From Moniliella sp. 'wahieum' (taxonomy: Eukaryota): 64,000 nucleotides of DNA. The notes beneath the pieces were generated by a model. That model did no database searches. It saw nothing but the letters and a program-made list of their open reading frames with translations, and was not told the DNA's origin. Positions 10,731 to 23,031 of this stretch are shown one piece after another (within the stretch, counting starts at the first letter, position 1; each line of letters begins with the position of its first letter). Where the stretch lies: contig RSEE01000045.1 of NCBI GenBank assembly GCA_003971905.1, positions 124,001 through 188,000 of the forward strand. Reading direction: 5' to 3'. The translations under genes were made by a program, and so were the position numbers.

Positions 10731-12714
10731 ATGGCTTCAGCGGTTAATATTATTTGGGAGTTCCCGATGGAGAAGAAGTGGAAGGGGATTTGGGCTCTGC
10801 TCTGCGCGCGGGAGGATATGATGGCCACAGAGATTGGAGCTCCCTAGTATACAGCACCCGCCTCGTCCGATTTTCTCGAGGTGAGCCTCACCGGCTGAGG
10901 CAATTTCGGAAATGTTGCATCCGGCCCGGCCCACCGGTCGACTGAACATTGAAACATTCACGTTGAACAGTGGACGCCCGGTTGTCCCCATACTGCGACT
11001 ACACCTGAATGTGAAAGGCCCCACATCCACCCCCCCATCTCGCCGTCCCCGTCGCGCCTGGCCCCACCCCGCCATGCGCTCCTGGCGCAACCCCGAACGT
11101 CGCGACAGCGATGCATCCGTAGCGTCTCTCACCCCCTCTTCCACCACCGCCTCCACCACCGCTTCCACTGCCTCCCCTGCACTCTCCCGCAAACTCCTCG
11201 GTTCGCTCGCGGCCATTCGGGCGGCCCCTGAAGCTCTGCCTGCGGCCGCTCACAAGGATCCTCTGAGCCTCATCATCACCACCAAGAACTTCCGCGCGTT
11301 TGTTCAGAAAGCCGGGCCTCTCTTCTGGTTCCAAGACCACGTTGAGGCGACGCTGCTGTGGGATGACTGGGCTTGGACGCTGATGTGGATGGCGCTCTGG
11401 GCTGCCATCGCGCTCCGGCCCAGCCTGTTGCTTGCGGCGCCCCCCGCCGTCTTGACCATCATCCTCTACAAGACGCATCGCTCTCGCTTCCCCAACGCCT
11501 ACCCGCATACCGGCTCCTGGCATCTCTCGCCCCCGGCCAACGCACTGGCCTCGCTGCTTGCCCAGCCGACTCACATGGACGACCCTAACCCCCTGCCCCC
11601 GCTCACGCCCACCCCTGCCGCAGAGGGAAGCATGCAGTTCCTACAGAACTTACGTGACATTCAGAACATGTACATATGTCTCCTTTCTTTTTCTCTGCTC
11701 CCTTCCCTTGGTTGACTGATGTTTCCTTGCGCCCAGGATGAAGATGATTCCGGACGGATACGATGCCATTTCGCTTTTGGTGCCTTACTTAAATTGGTCG
11801 GACCCCACGACGTCCATGTTGCTACTGAGGGTCAGCATTGTGGGGACGGTAGTGATGCTGATTTTCGGCCACCTGGTTCCGATCCGGATGTTGCTCCTTG
11901 TGGGCGGGGAGGTGGCATTGGCGGCGAACCATCCTTGGGTCAAGCCGTTCGTGCACGGCCTCGCCCACCCTGACCAGGAAAAGGGAGAGACGGCTCTGAC
12001 GCCCGCTGCGGCGCGCAAGGCTCGTGCTGCCCACCAAGTGTTGCGACAAAAGCGTTCGGAAGCCGCGCACGTGGCCCGGACCTGGCTCGAGTTGGACCAG
12101 CTTCCGGACCAAGCTTGGTCCCATGGCTGGCGTGACGTGGAGATCTATGAAAACGAGCGGTTTGTTGCGCGCACCCCACGCAAGGGCGCCCAGCAGCCCG
12201 AAGAACGAGAATGGAGCGGCGAGTACCTGCTGAAGTCCGACCGGCGCGCCTGGACCCGCTCCCAAGACGGTTGGTCCCCGCCGGGCCTCGATACGGTGGC
12301 TCCGGGGTCGGAGAGTATCAGCGCCTGGCACCTCGCTGCTGCCCTCCCCCATGGCTGGGCCTGGCTCCCCGGCGAGGACTGGAGGGTGGATGAGGCAGGT
12401 ACCTGGTCCCCCGTCGGGGCGGACGAGCATGGCTGGTGTACACCGACCGCGACTGGCACTGGCCTGCACCATATGCGTATCGCCATACCGACCAGCCCAA
12501 CGAAGCATTGGACCCCTCCGAGGCTCAGGCAACCTTGGACCTTGTCCAGGCCCAGGACCCGTCATTGGGTTCCGACGACGCAGCTACGTCCCCCTCTGCC
12601 TGGGGTCAGTCTGCTTCGCGGGTCGATGGCTCGGACTTTCCGCTGGCGGCGTTGGACAAACATGGCGCACACTCACTCGCCGACGGCGCTGGCTGCGCCG
12701 TTGCGTGCGGGTAG
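10731..12714 (+). CDS. Pex24/Pex23-family integral peroxisomal membrane peroxin with C-terminal dysferlin-like domain (start uncertain)
   Basis: NFRAFVQKAGPLFWFQDHVEATLLWDD, hydrophobic helices, FLQNLRDIQNM, EIYENERF, GWAWLPGEDWRVD...DEHGW(V)YTD. Introns ~10881-10970 (GTGAGC..CAG) and 11670-11736 (GTACAT..CAG). Confidence 0.8.
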
Positions 12715-14056
12715 AGAACGAATGAGGCTCCTTCGTGAGTGCCGAGTATGGAGTCTCGGAACGGAGGTTTCGTCCCTTGTATGATGCATGACTTCACTGG
12801 TGTGGGCTCATGACACTGCCTTTCCTTTACTCATCCATATCATTGTGCCGATGCACCGGACGAGACAGTAGGGTAAAGATGTGTGCCTAGTAGTGCGTCA
12901 TCCTGTGCTGGCATGGTTGCCCTCAGTCAGTTATGCTATTGGTGGAACAGAAGGGCAGTAGTTGGGCTTGGAATGTGCCTAGCCACCCAGCCCGGGAGGG
13001 AGGATTGGTGAAACGGGGGTGTAGAATAGAGGCATGGAAGGCGAGGGCCACGTCGAAGAAGACCAAACTTGATCGGTAGGGCAAGTGGGACTAGAGCCGG
13101 AGCTACTCTCGCACATCATTCATTTCTTCCCATATGGGGTGCATGAGGCGACTGCAATGCAATACTTCCACTCGCATTTGGAGCGAGGGTGGGTGGACTG
13201 CAGTGGAGGTGGTGGACGCACTGTTTGGTCGGGATGGGGCGAGGAGAAGAAGGCACCAAACGTTGTCCCCGACCGCATGCCTTCCTATTGTCCCCACCTG
13301 TTCCATTTGGCTTTGGATATGGATTTCGTGCGACAGCCTTCTCATTCTTCTCCTTTGCGACCCACCGCACACATAGACCGACCATGCTCATCTACTTCCC
13401 CCCTTTTCTCGCGTTCTGGGCCTGCTAAGTATACTTTTCCCCCTCCGACCCAACTCGGTAAGGATCCTCCTTAGGTGCGGCCAGCAGTTCTCTCACCCTG
13501 GTTTCCAACCTAGCCCTCCTACCTCCTGATTCAATCCCTTTTGTGCGAATGATTGATCTGACGTCTTGCCGCTTTGTATTGCTAGCATCAATGGTGGAAT
13601 GGGATTGGAGCAGATGCGGATCGGCCATGCCATGTTCCTTGTATATGCGGGGAAAAACAGGGCTATTGGAGGCTGAAGCACGTCTCTCACCATGGGCATT
13701 CACCAACCCTTCTTTCGGCTCGGGTCTCCTGGCACTGGCTTCTCTCCCGTCCTTGTCGCGGTTCAGCCTCCCGCCTGAGCCCACCTGATGAGAGATGAGA
13801 GAGGGTCTGCGGTCCATCGAATGGGGGATGCAATCCAACTATAACTCGTGCCATTGGTCGTGATGGCGGTGGTGGCGACCCAGGAGCAGCTTGCAGCAGC
13901 AGCATCCGGCCAGACACCGCCACGCCAGACGGGAGCAGGGCTACGAAAGGACGAAGAAAAGAAGGGGGAACAAGGTCCGAGCAATAGGGGGGGGGGGGGG
14001 CAGAGCGACGGGACCCCAGAGCGAGACGGGGCAGGGACCTAGCTAGTACTTAAAGC

Positions 14057-14512
14057 TTAATGCAAGGCGCCATAGTCCTGCGCCGTCTCGACATGCTGGC
14101 CCATAAAGGTATTGCCTTGGTTGTCGTGGCCGGCGGGAGCCTTGGGATCGGTGGATGCCATGGGCGCGGTAGTAGCTGGCACCACCACCACAGAAGACGG
14201 GGGATCGGAACATACAATGACCATCGCATGGATCATCGCAAAGACCACAACAGAATCTGTGCTCCAACCAAGCATTGCGCGCGCGGGGGTACAAAAAGGG
14301 GGGGTAAACATGGGATCAGTTCAACCAGCGCCGTCTTCGGTGTACGAGGGGAGGGGGGAAGAGGCGACGAACAAAGAGCACGAGGTTGATCCAAAAGTCG
14401 CGACCGCAGCCGCGGGCCAGACCGACAGCCAAGGGCGGCAAGAAGAAGGCCAGCACGCCGAGCAGGCAGCGTGAGTTACCGGTCGATACGACCATCGGCG
14501 TTGGGACGTCAT
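14057..14512 (-). CDS. Pmp3/UPF0057-family small membrane proteolipid
   Basis: LLGVLAFFLPPLAVGLARGCGRDFWINLVL, then a probable intron, then ...MIHAMVIVC...; two-helix Pmp3 pattern. Start approximate. Confidence 0.75.
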
Positions 14513-16470
14513 GGTGATGGGGTGTGGGTGGCGGGGGAGACAAAGACGGGGTTGGGTTCCACAACCACCGTTCTTGGTCCATGGCGATCATCAGATCACG
14601 TCCTTTATACTTAGTTTCAATAAGCTTTTTCGCACCCTCGACCTCTCCTCTGCCCCACTTTTTTTGTCACTTGGGAGCGCGAGCACTCGGTAAAGCGACG
14701 ACTCCGGCGCGAGCACTCGGAGGAGAGACGACCATGCGCCACGGCCTGCCACGGCCCCCGCACTTGCTCGCGCGTCATCGACGTCATCGAGCTGTCAAAC
14801 CCACAGCGCCCCCCGGCCACGTAAATCTTTGGCGCTGTGCCACCGTGGGTCGGATTATACGCCACAGGAGAGCTACACACCATAACCACTACGCGTGTTA
14901 GGACCAGCAGTCCCACCGTACATGGGCCAAGGCAGCGCCTTATCGATGATCATACATCACCATTTGCCCCCTTAAAACTTGACTGATTTGACCTCGGAAG
15001 CCTCTACGTGCACACTCCGGCTTGTTCCACCCCCGGAGTCTTCCAGGGTTGCCGGTTGTGGCAGAGAGCAGTATGTGGAGTCGCCACGCGCGCAACGTCT
15101 CGTGTGTTGGCCAACGTCCCTTCAGTCCCTCCGCAGGCTTAGGAGTTCCGTTGCTTTGTGTCGCATCTGCTTTCCTTGCTCCCCAGCCTTAGATATACTT
15201 TGTTGGCTGCGACTGTTGGCTGCTTGATGTTCATCATCTGTAAGTAGGCGGTACTGGCTTGCTTAGTCCACTACGGCACTATTGCGATTGTGTCATGCAT
15301 GTCATCCTCGAGGTCCATCGTGCCTGCATCAGGCCTCAGTATGTCCAGTTCTCAGGGTCTCATCGACCATCATGCATCAGGTTAAGACCGCAACCATCAC
15401 CACCGCGTTAGGCTTATACATTTCCAGAGGTTCAGTACAGTATGACCACACCAAATCGGTTGGGTTCCTCGGATATTACAAAACGCGGGGCGGGAGACAA
15501 AAAAGGGCATCGAGAGTTGTGTTGATGCATGATGAGCTAGGTGGCTCGTGCTTTGGCCAATGTCCCTTCAAGCTTCAGGTCCTCCTCAGGCCTAGGAGTT
15601 TTCCGCTGTTTTCCCCCTCCTGTTTCCTCCTTGTCCTTAGCCCCTGATGGCGACTCGCTGCTTGATGTTCCTATGTAGGCAAACACCACCACCATGAGTG
15701 CGATTGCATCACCCTCGAGGGCCGTCAGGACTCCAGGTCTCATCAAGTTGTACTATTCCAAGAGAGGAGCCCGTCAGGTGCGTCAGGACAGGGGCAGAAC
15801 ACAGGGGAGAGAGTCGGAGATAAGACCAGCGTCGAAGGTGGTGCGTGATCAGCTAGCTACGTGCGGGACGCGTGATGGCGCTGCCGGGGAAGACAAAAAT
15901 GAATGCATCCAGCTTTGGCTTGGCACAAACGCCGCGAACGACAACTCACGACGTCCAAACGAGCGAACAAGACAGAACAAACCGAGCAAGACGGGTAGGG
16001 CGCAACCCAAGCAGGCAGGAACAAAAACGCAAAAACGAGGGGGGAGCGGCAAACGGGGACCGGCAAACGTCAAACATCAAACGTCAAACGTCAAAAAGAA
16101 GAATGTTAATGAAGCTTGAAGAGAGACAAGCTCTAGAGGTACAATGCACGAGGAGATGGCGCAGTTACAGACCCAGGGCCAGTAGCATGCCTCTTCCGCA
16201 AAAAACGTGGGGGAGGTCTGGGACGCCCATCCGATGCGATGCACAAAGCAGCCGCATACGCGAGAACACAGCCAAGGCAACCAAGCGGAACGGCGGTCCA
16301 AAGAGGAGAAAAGGGACAACGGGACGACAGGGAATCAGAAGCGGGCAACGGACAGCAGCGGTACGTGTAGCCAGCTAGCTCACGGCATCCAAAGCCACTG
16401 ACAGGCAAACGAGCGCTCAGGGCTCAGAGCCCCGCCTGCTTGGCCTACTTGCGCGCCGCAAACAGCCCAC

Positions 16471-19400
16471 TCAGATCCGACACGGGCTCGTCCCTGGGCG
16501 CACCGCACGCGGGGGCGGGTACCCTCGAGCGTCGCGTGCCTCAGCGCCCCAGCCGGCGTCGCGCCAATCGCCGCGCCCCGGCGGCCCCGGTGGCGCGCGT
16601 CGCGCGTCGTCGCCGGGGTACCGACGCTCGCGAGGCGGCGGCAGGCGCCCCGCCCCTCCCCATGGGGAATCCGGGCGGACGCGCTCGGCCATCGTCCCGA
16701 CTCGGCGGGTCGTCGCGGTACGGGTACGGGTCCCGCAACCCGCCCATCCGAGGCGGGGGCACGCGGTACGCCTTGTCGCCTGGGTACGAAGGCGCCCGTC
16801 CCCGCTCTGACCCGCGCGCTCCGTCCCACCCATTTTCGCGCCGGGCCGAGTGGGTTGAATGGACCGAATGGGCCGACGAGGGGCCAACGAGAAGCTGCGT
16901 GCCAAAGACGACGTCCACTCGCCCCACTTCTTGCCTGGCTTGCTCGGGGCGTCCCGGTCCGTCGGAAGCGGATGCGCAAAGCTAGACCGATCCGGGGACA
17001 TCCAGGCGCTGCGCCCGGTGCCCATCCCTCTCCCATCCCCATTTTCTGACATGGGGCGACGCGGGGGGGGCAGGTAACGGTCTCCTGGGGCAGCCTCGCT
17101 GTGGGTCGACAGCGTCCGGGCCGTCTTGGGACGCGGGCCCGAGGGAGGGCCGAGGGGGTAAGGGGGCCGACCCGGGTCGGAGCGCGGATGATGCGGGCGG
17201 TAGGACTGGGACCGGGGACGATCATTGGCCTTGGCCACGTCTTCTTGTTCGCGACGCGGCACCGACCAGTCGGGGAGCACGTTGGTCAGTTGCTGTCGGA
17301 AGGCAGGGAGCAGCCGACGGGTGTGCAGCATGAACGGCGGCGGATAGTCGGTGCGCAAGGGCACGTAGCGCAACTCCTTCACCTGTTCCTCGGCCATCAT
17401 TTGTTGGCCCGTCGGGTCCAACTCGTCGTACCACAGGTTCGGGTAGACTTGCGCCTCGGTCCCGCGCGCTTCGCTCCGGCATAGACCGTCGTCAGCACGT
17501 ACCCCGTGCATACGCATCAAGCGATACAGAAGCCGGTCCACGTCGCTAGCCGCATTGGTAAACGCTGGATCGGGCGGTAGGTTCTCCACCCCCAATGCAG
17601 CCATTTCTTCGTCGGGGGAGTAGGCACGTTTTTTCCTTTGCCCCCCACGGCGCTCCGCCACCATTCTCCGCCTCCTCATCGGCGTCAGGCGCAAGGCCAA
17701 AGAGGTCCCGCCTCGCCTCCAACTCCTCGCGCACTTTTTGCCACATGGTCCAGGACGCAAGGGAGTCACTTCCTGGAGGATACGCTTGCGGTCCTCGGCT
17801 TGATCCGCTCGTCGGACAAGAGGGTGTCGACGTTGATCTCAATGTTGGTTCGGGTGCGATCGGCGGGGTGCATCGGGTCCGAAGTGGCGAGGGCAAGGTA
17901 ATCGGTGCCCAGCTGGACCCACTCCAACAACGGTTCGGCCACGGGAGCCAGGTCGTGCACGAATTCCAGCAAGTGGTCTTCGTGCCGCATCAGCAGCGCC
18001 ACCCATTCACCTGGCCCCGCCTCATCGGGATTGGAAACCGAACGTTGTCGGACCGCGAGCAAGTCGTCAATGAAGTCCTTCACATCCCCCACCGCACGGG
18101 AAAGATCCACCTTGGCCGACGTGGCAGCGCGCAAGCCATCATAAAAGACGTACTCTAGCAGGTCCTTCACCATCGTCGGCAGTAAAGGACCCAGCGCAAC
18201 ATCCAACAACTCTTCCCTGTCGCGCGCACGGCGCGCCTCGCGGAGCAACAGTTTCAGTTGGGCAAAGTCGTATGCCATATCCTCTTCCTCCGTCAGCGTC
18301 CAACTTTCGTCCTCTGCATCGTCCGCCGTAGCGGGCGGACGTGCCTCCCGGAACGCATCCTCCGCATCTTCCACGATCACCTCATCGTATCGGCTCGATT
18401 CGGGGGGGTATGCAGCATCCACATGACCACGCCAGGGGCTGAGCGAAAACGCGCGCTGCATATCCAGTACCAAGTCGCTGTCGACAGGCTTGAGCAGCGT
18501 GCGTGCTGCCTCCTCGTCGGCCCATGACCCAGCGGAGGCGAGTCGAGCAGAATGACAGTCACCACATCGTCACCCGACTCGAGCGTCTTGCGTTCTACCG
18601 CAGCCCGCTCCACACGATCGGCAAAGGTGACATAGTCCATCAATCGGTTGGCCAACGGGCCTTGACCGGCCTCGGCCAGGAAGTGCGAAGCGGACGAACC
18701 AGTGTGGTTTTGATTTGGTCCATCTCGCGCGTGAGCATGAAACCGAGGATGCGTTGCAGCAAGCTCTGGGCCTTGTCCCCTTCTTTCTTCTCGGATGCCG
18801 AGGGGCGCGCTAAGAGCAAGCTCAGCAGACTCTGCACCATCACATGGGGAGGGTGGACATTGGAACGAAGAAGCTGTTTCGCCCCAGTAGGGAAACAGGG
18901 CATGAACCGACTTGAGCTTTTTCACCACTTGGTCTGCCTCGGGTGAGAGAATGAAAAGTCGTATAGTGCCGTGGCCAAGGAGTGGCGAAAGTGCGCCCAG
19001 GCACGCTGGAGACGCGGTGGCAAATCCTGCACCCGCGTCACACCCAGAACACATCCCACATGGATTCCAGGCCATCCTCTTGCTCAATCAATTTCTCCTT
19101 TAGGGCGGCGGCGTCCTTGGCCTCTTGCCGCGCGCGCTCGCCTGCCAAGCGCCATTGCCGATCCACTGCGTCTTCCAGATCCGCATCGCCCGAAGAGTTG
19201 GACTTGGTGCCGGGCGCAAAGAGGGCATCTATGTCCTCCAGCAGTTCGGGGGAAAGAGCGATGGGTTTGGACAAGCCACGCTTCACCGTTCCCTGCCCCA
19301 TTGCTTTCCCACACCCCACTCTTCCGTACCCTTGAGTCCGGGCCCGGACCGCGCAATTCGCCTTCTCCGCGGATCCCAATCCCACGGGCAAAGAATTTGC

Positions 19401-21107
19401 CCAAACCATCTACCATCGTGAGAGCCCAGATACGGCGTTGTCAACTCGCTGCGTTCGAGCGACGTGCTCAAGTTGCGTGCGGCCAGCTCGTCCAGTAGCA
19501 CTTGAACGCGTTGTTGCCAAAACTTGCTAGGTGCCGTGTCAAGGCCGGGGAAGGTGCGCAGATGAGTGTGGAACAAATGACGGAGGATGACCGGCTGGGT
19601 CACCCGCTCCGTTCGACGCACCACCGCATCGTCGCCCCTGCTTCCCGCAGCCAGGCCATCGGTCGCATACGGGTCTTCGGCCGCAGGAACCCGGGGGAGA
19701 TCTTTCGTGTATTCGTTAATCAGGTCTTTGCCCACTTTGCCCAGTGCGGGCCGCAGGGAGCTAAAGGGGGGACCATATACAGTTAAGGCACTCAGCTTCT
19801 CCAATTGACTCGCTTCATGGCCCAGTTGGAGCGCGACCAGGGCGCGCACGAGATAATGCCGCTGCTGTGGAGTGAGTGTGATATCTTCGGGCTCCTCATC
19901 GAGAGCAAGCTCGTCCATCTGGCGAGTGGGCACTGCAGAAGAAATATCTTCTTGACTGAATCGATCGCCAGCGGGTAGCTGAGACCCACTGTTTTTTGAC
20001 GTAGGGGCTAATCGGGTAGTCGCGGGAGGGAATGGAAACTCATCGTCCAGCTGTGTGCTTGGAGTAGTTGATGTTTCATCGATCAAGTCCGGGTCTTGAT
20101 CTTCTTCGGCGCTTCGGCGACCTCTTTCACGAGATGCAGTGGGCACACCAGGCGAAGAGTCCTCTCCGAACGAGGGAGGAGATGGGCGGCGGATCTTTTG
20201 GTAGAGCCGGGAATAGGGGCGCGAAATCCTGCCACGGAAAAAACAAATAAACAAACAGACAAATATGATTAGCCCAATCCATACCAAGCGGAAACCATAC
20301 ATACATCCTCCTCCTCCTCCTCCTCCTCCTCCTCCTCCTCCTCCTCTTCCTCCTCCTCCTCGTCAGGGGCTCATCAGCGTAGTGAGGCATGGGCTCCCGC
20401 TCATGGTCGGGAGAGGGATCCCACCGGGGCGGGTTGGCGTCGCGCTCGTCATAGTCGTCATCGTCGAGGTACGCATCAGAGCGCATGTTGGACGCAGTAT
20501 GAACGGGCTCCGGCGAAGGGGAGCGGCGGCCAGGTGGAGAGGCTGTGAAGGAGGTGTCGTCATCGTAGGCGTCCTGGTGCCTGCCTGGGGCCGATGTGAT
20601 GGGCTGGGCGGCAAGAGCGAGGCGTGGCGGGCTGCGCGCCGGGCAATGACGGAGTTGGAGCGCGAGGGGGAGCGGGGGACGGGTGCACCGAGCCTGCTGT
20701 TGCTCATGCGGCGGGCAGTGCGGGACGGGAGAGTCTTGGTCGCCGTCGCGGCTGCTTGCGTTGGCGTTGGCATGCGGAGAGTAGGGGTCGAGGGGGCGGG
20801 GGCGGTGGTGGGAGAAGGAGCGGCGGGCGCGGGCGGATCGGATGGGTAACCCGAGGCGTCGACCATGTCGAGGGGAGCGAGGCGGCCTGGTAGGGGTTGG
20901 GGGCGCTGCTGGGAGCGCTGGGCGGAGGCGGTGCTGTCGTCGTCGCCAAAGTCGATGAGGCGGCGGAGTGGGCGGGGGACGGGCGGCGGCGGGCGGGCGG
21001 AGCGGACGAGGCGGGTGGGGATGTGGGCGGGGCTGTGGCTGTGGCTGGGGCCGTGGCCAGAGGCGCGGGGCGGCGCGGCGGTAGTACCCGTCGTGGCCGA
21101 TGGGCAT
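16471..21107 (-). CDS. PX-associated domain protein (PXB + DUF3818; YPR097W-like) with long low-complexity termini
   Basis: LTPQQRHYLVRALVALQLGHE..LTVYGPPFS (PXB-like), VKKLKSVHALFPYW, SLLQRILGFML, VGDVKDFIDDLL..LMRHEDHLLEFVH, PPPFMLHTRRLLPAFRQQL. Start MPIGHDGYY at 21107. Intron ~20230-20304 (GTATGT..GCTAAT..CAG). 3' end approximate. Confidence 0.75.
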
Positions 21108-21979
21108 GGCGGGCAGGAGGAGGTGGTGGGGGGCGAGGAGCGGGAAGGAAGAATGCCGGTCGCCTCCTGGCTGTGCTTCGCCCGCACGCGCTGCTGCGGC
21201 CGCCTGCCCACAGCCGCCCTCCCCACATGCCCCGCCCCACACAGGCCCCGTGCCGCCCCGGGCTGTCACGTGCGGGTGCTGCCGCTGATGCACGTGGGAT
21301 GCGTGATGGTCGCATGTCCCCGTCACGCGTCATGCAATCCAAACACCGCACGCTGTTCTTTCAATCCAGCATTCTGCCCGCCTGCGACGTGTTCATCTGC
21401 CGCCGCGCCCACGCAGGCCACGCAGCACAAATTACCCACTGTTTCTCCTTCGCTCGCCCCCCCTCCATTCCCGGTGGTCCTCCCCCTTGCCTCCTCTGGC
21501 CCCCCGACGCTCCTCACTCCATCGAGCCCCATTTCTTCTTCTGCCCATCCGCTGCAGCGACCGGCCGTGGCGAGCATGCTGTCTACTATTCCTTTTGCTT
21601 CACTGCTGTTTGGCTATCATGCCCCGCCTGGGGACATCGCTTTTGCAACGGGAGCCATTGATACAATAGCCTCCCAAGCAAGCTGCTGGCGTGCACGCAC
21701 ACAAAGCACCCTTTTATCATAGCTCACTGCTTCCTCTCAAATCCCCTCCCTCGTTTGTTCGACTTCATGACCCTTGTATCCATCCTCACCAAAGGAGTTG
21801 CTCTCGGCACTTGACACTGGCGAACACGTCCCACAGCACCAAAAAAACTGAGAAACCCGAGCGGTGCTCCATACTACTCCCAAGCACACGTGAGAATAAA
21901 AAAAAGTACATTGGACGGTTATGGAATCTGACGTCGACGTTACCAACAACTGATACGTCCCGCTTGAACAAAACATAGG

Positions 21980-23031
21980 TTAAAGAGTAGCCGTGTCAAC
22001 ACAAAGCGGTACTTGACGTCGCTCTTGTACAGCCGGTCCCACGTGGTTGATGTCCTTAAAGCTGACCAGCTCGTAGGTGGCCACAATGTTGTGCTCCCCG
22101 CAAAAGTCGAGCATTTCTTTTGCGTCTCCTTGATTCCGCCAATGGCCGAGCCGGCCAGGATGCGGTTGCCAAAGACGAGCGGGGCGGTGTTGAGGTTGGT
22201 AGGGCCAATGTGGCCCACCACGGCCATCACACCGTAAGGCTTCAGCAACGACAGGTACGGCCCAAAGTCGTGGTCGACACTGATCGTGTCAATCACAATG
22301 TCGTAGGAAGAGGCGGCGGCTTGGAATTGCGTGGCATCGGTGGTGATCAAAAACTTGTCCACACCCAGCTCCTTGGCCTCTTGCGCCTTGCTCATCGAAC
22401 GCGAGGACAGAGAAACTTCAGCACCCATGGCCTTAGCCAACTTGATCGCCATGTGGCCCAGGCCACCCAGCCCGGCCACCAACACCTTCTTGCCCGGACC
22501 GGCACCGAAGCGCTTCAAGGGCGAGTAGGTGGTGATACCAGCGCAAAGCAGAGGTGCTGCCCCAGCAGGGTCAAGGTTCTCGGGCACCTTGAGCACAAAC
22601 TTGCCGTCGACCACGATGCTCTTGGAGTACCCGCCATACGTCAGAGATCCATCAATCTTGTCGTGGCTAGCGTAGGTGAGCACGGGGCCCTTGACGCAAT
22701 GAATCTCGTCCCCTTCTTGGCAAAACGCACAGGGCTCGCTATCCGTTACACAGCCCGATTGGACCATGCATCCAACACCGACCAACTCGCCCGCCTTGAA
22801 CTTGGGGTCCTTCGACTCGGCCACCCGCCCAATAATCTCGTGCCCGGGCACCAGAGGGAACGGAGTAGGACCCCAGTCGCAGTCGCGCGAGTGCGTGTCC
22901 GACATGCAGTACCCACAGTGAGAAATGGCAATCGATACGTCCCCGTCCCGAAGGTCGCGGCGCTCAATCTTGCCGGGGCCAAGGGGACCCTTGGGCTCCA
23001 GTGCTTGATACACGTCGACAGTGGTAGGCAT
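21980..23031 (-). CDS. NADP-dependent zinc alcohol/aldehyde dehydrogenase (MDR superfamily, cinnamyl-ADH/Adh6/YahK type), copy 1; intronless
   Basis: [26 protein letters not shown], four structural Cys, [30 protein letters not shown] after the Rossmann strand, [13 protein letters not shown]-like element at 23162-23169. Confidence 0.95.

Noticed and set aside
13085..13990. Several overlapping 70-137-aa ORFs
   Set aside because: No recognisable motif or consistent frame, so I cannot support a gene call.
20227..20302. Transmembrane helix MYGFRLVWIGLIIFVCLFICFF in the PX-associated protein
   Set aside because: It is a translated intron (GTATGT...GCTAAT...pyrimidine tract...CAG).
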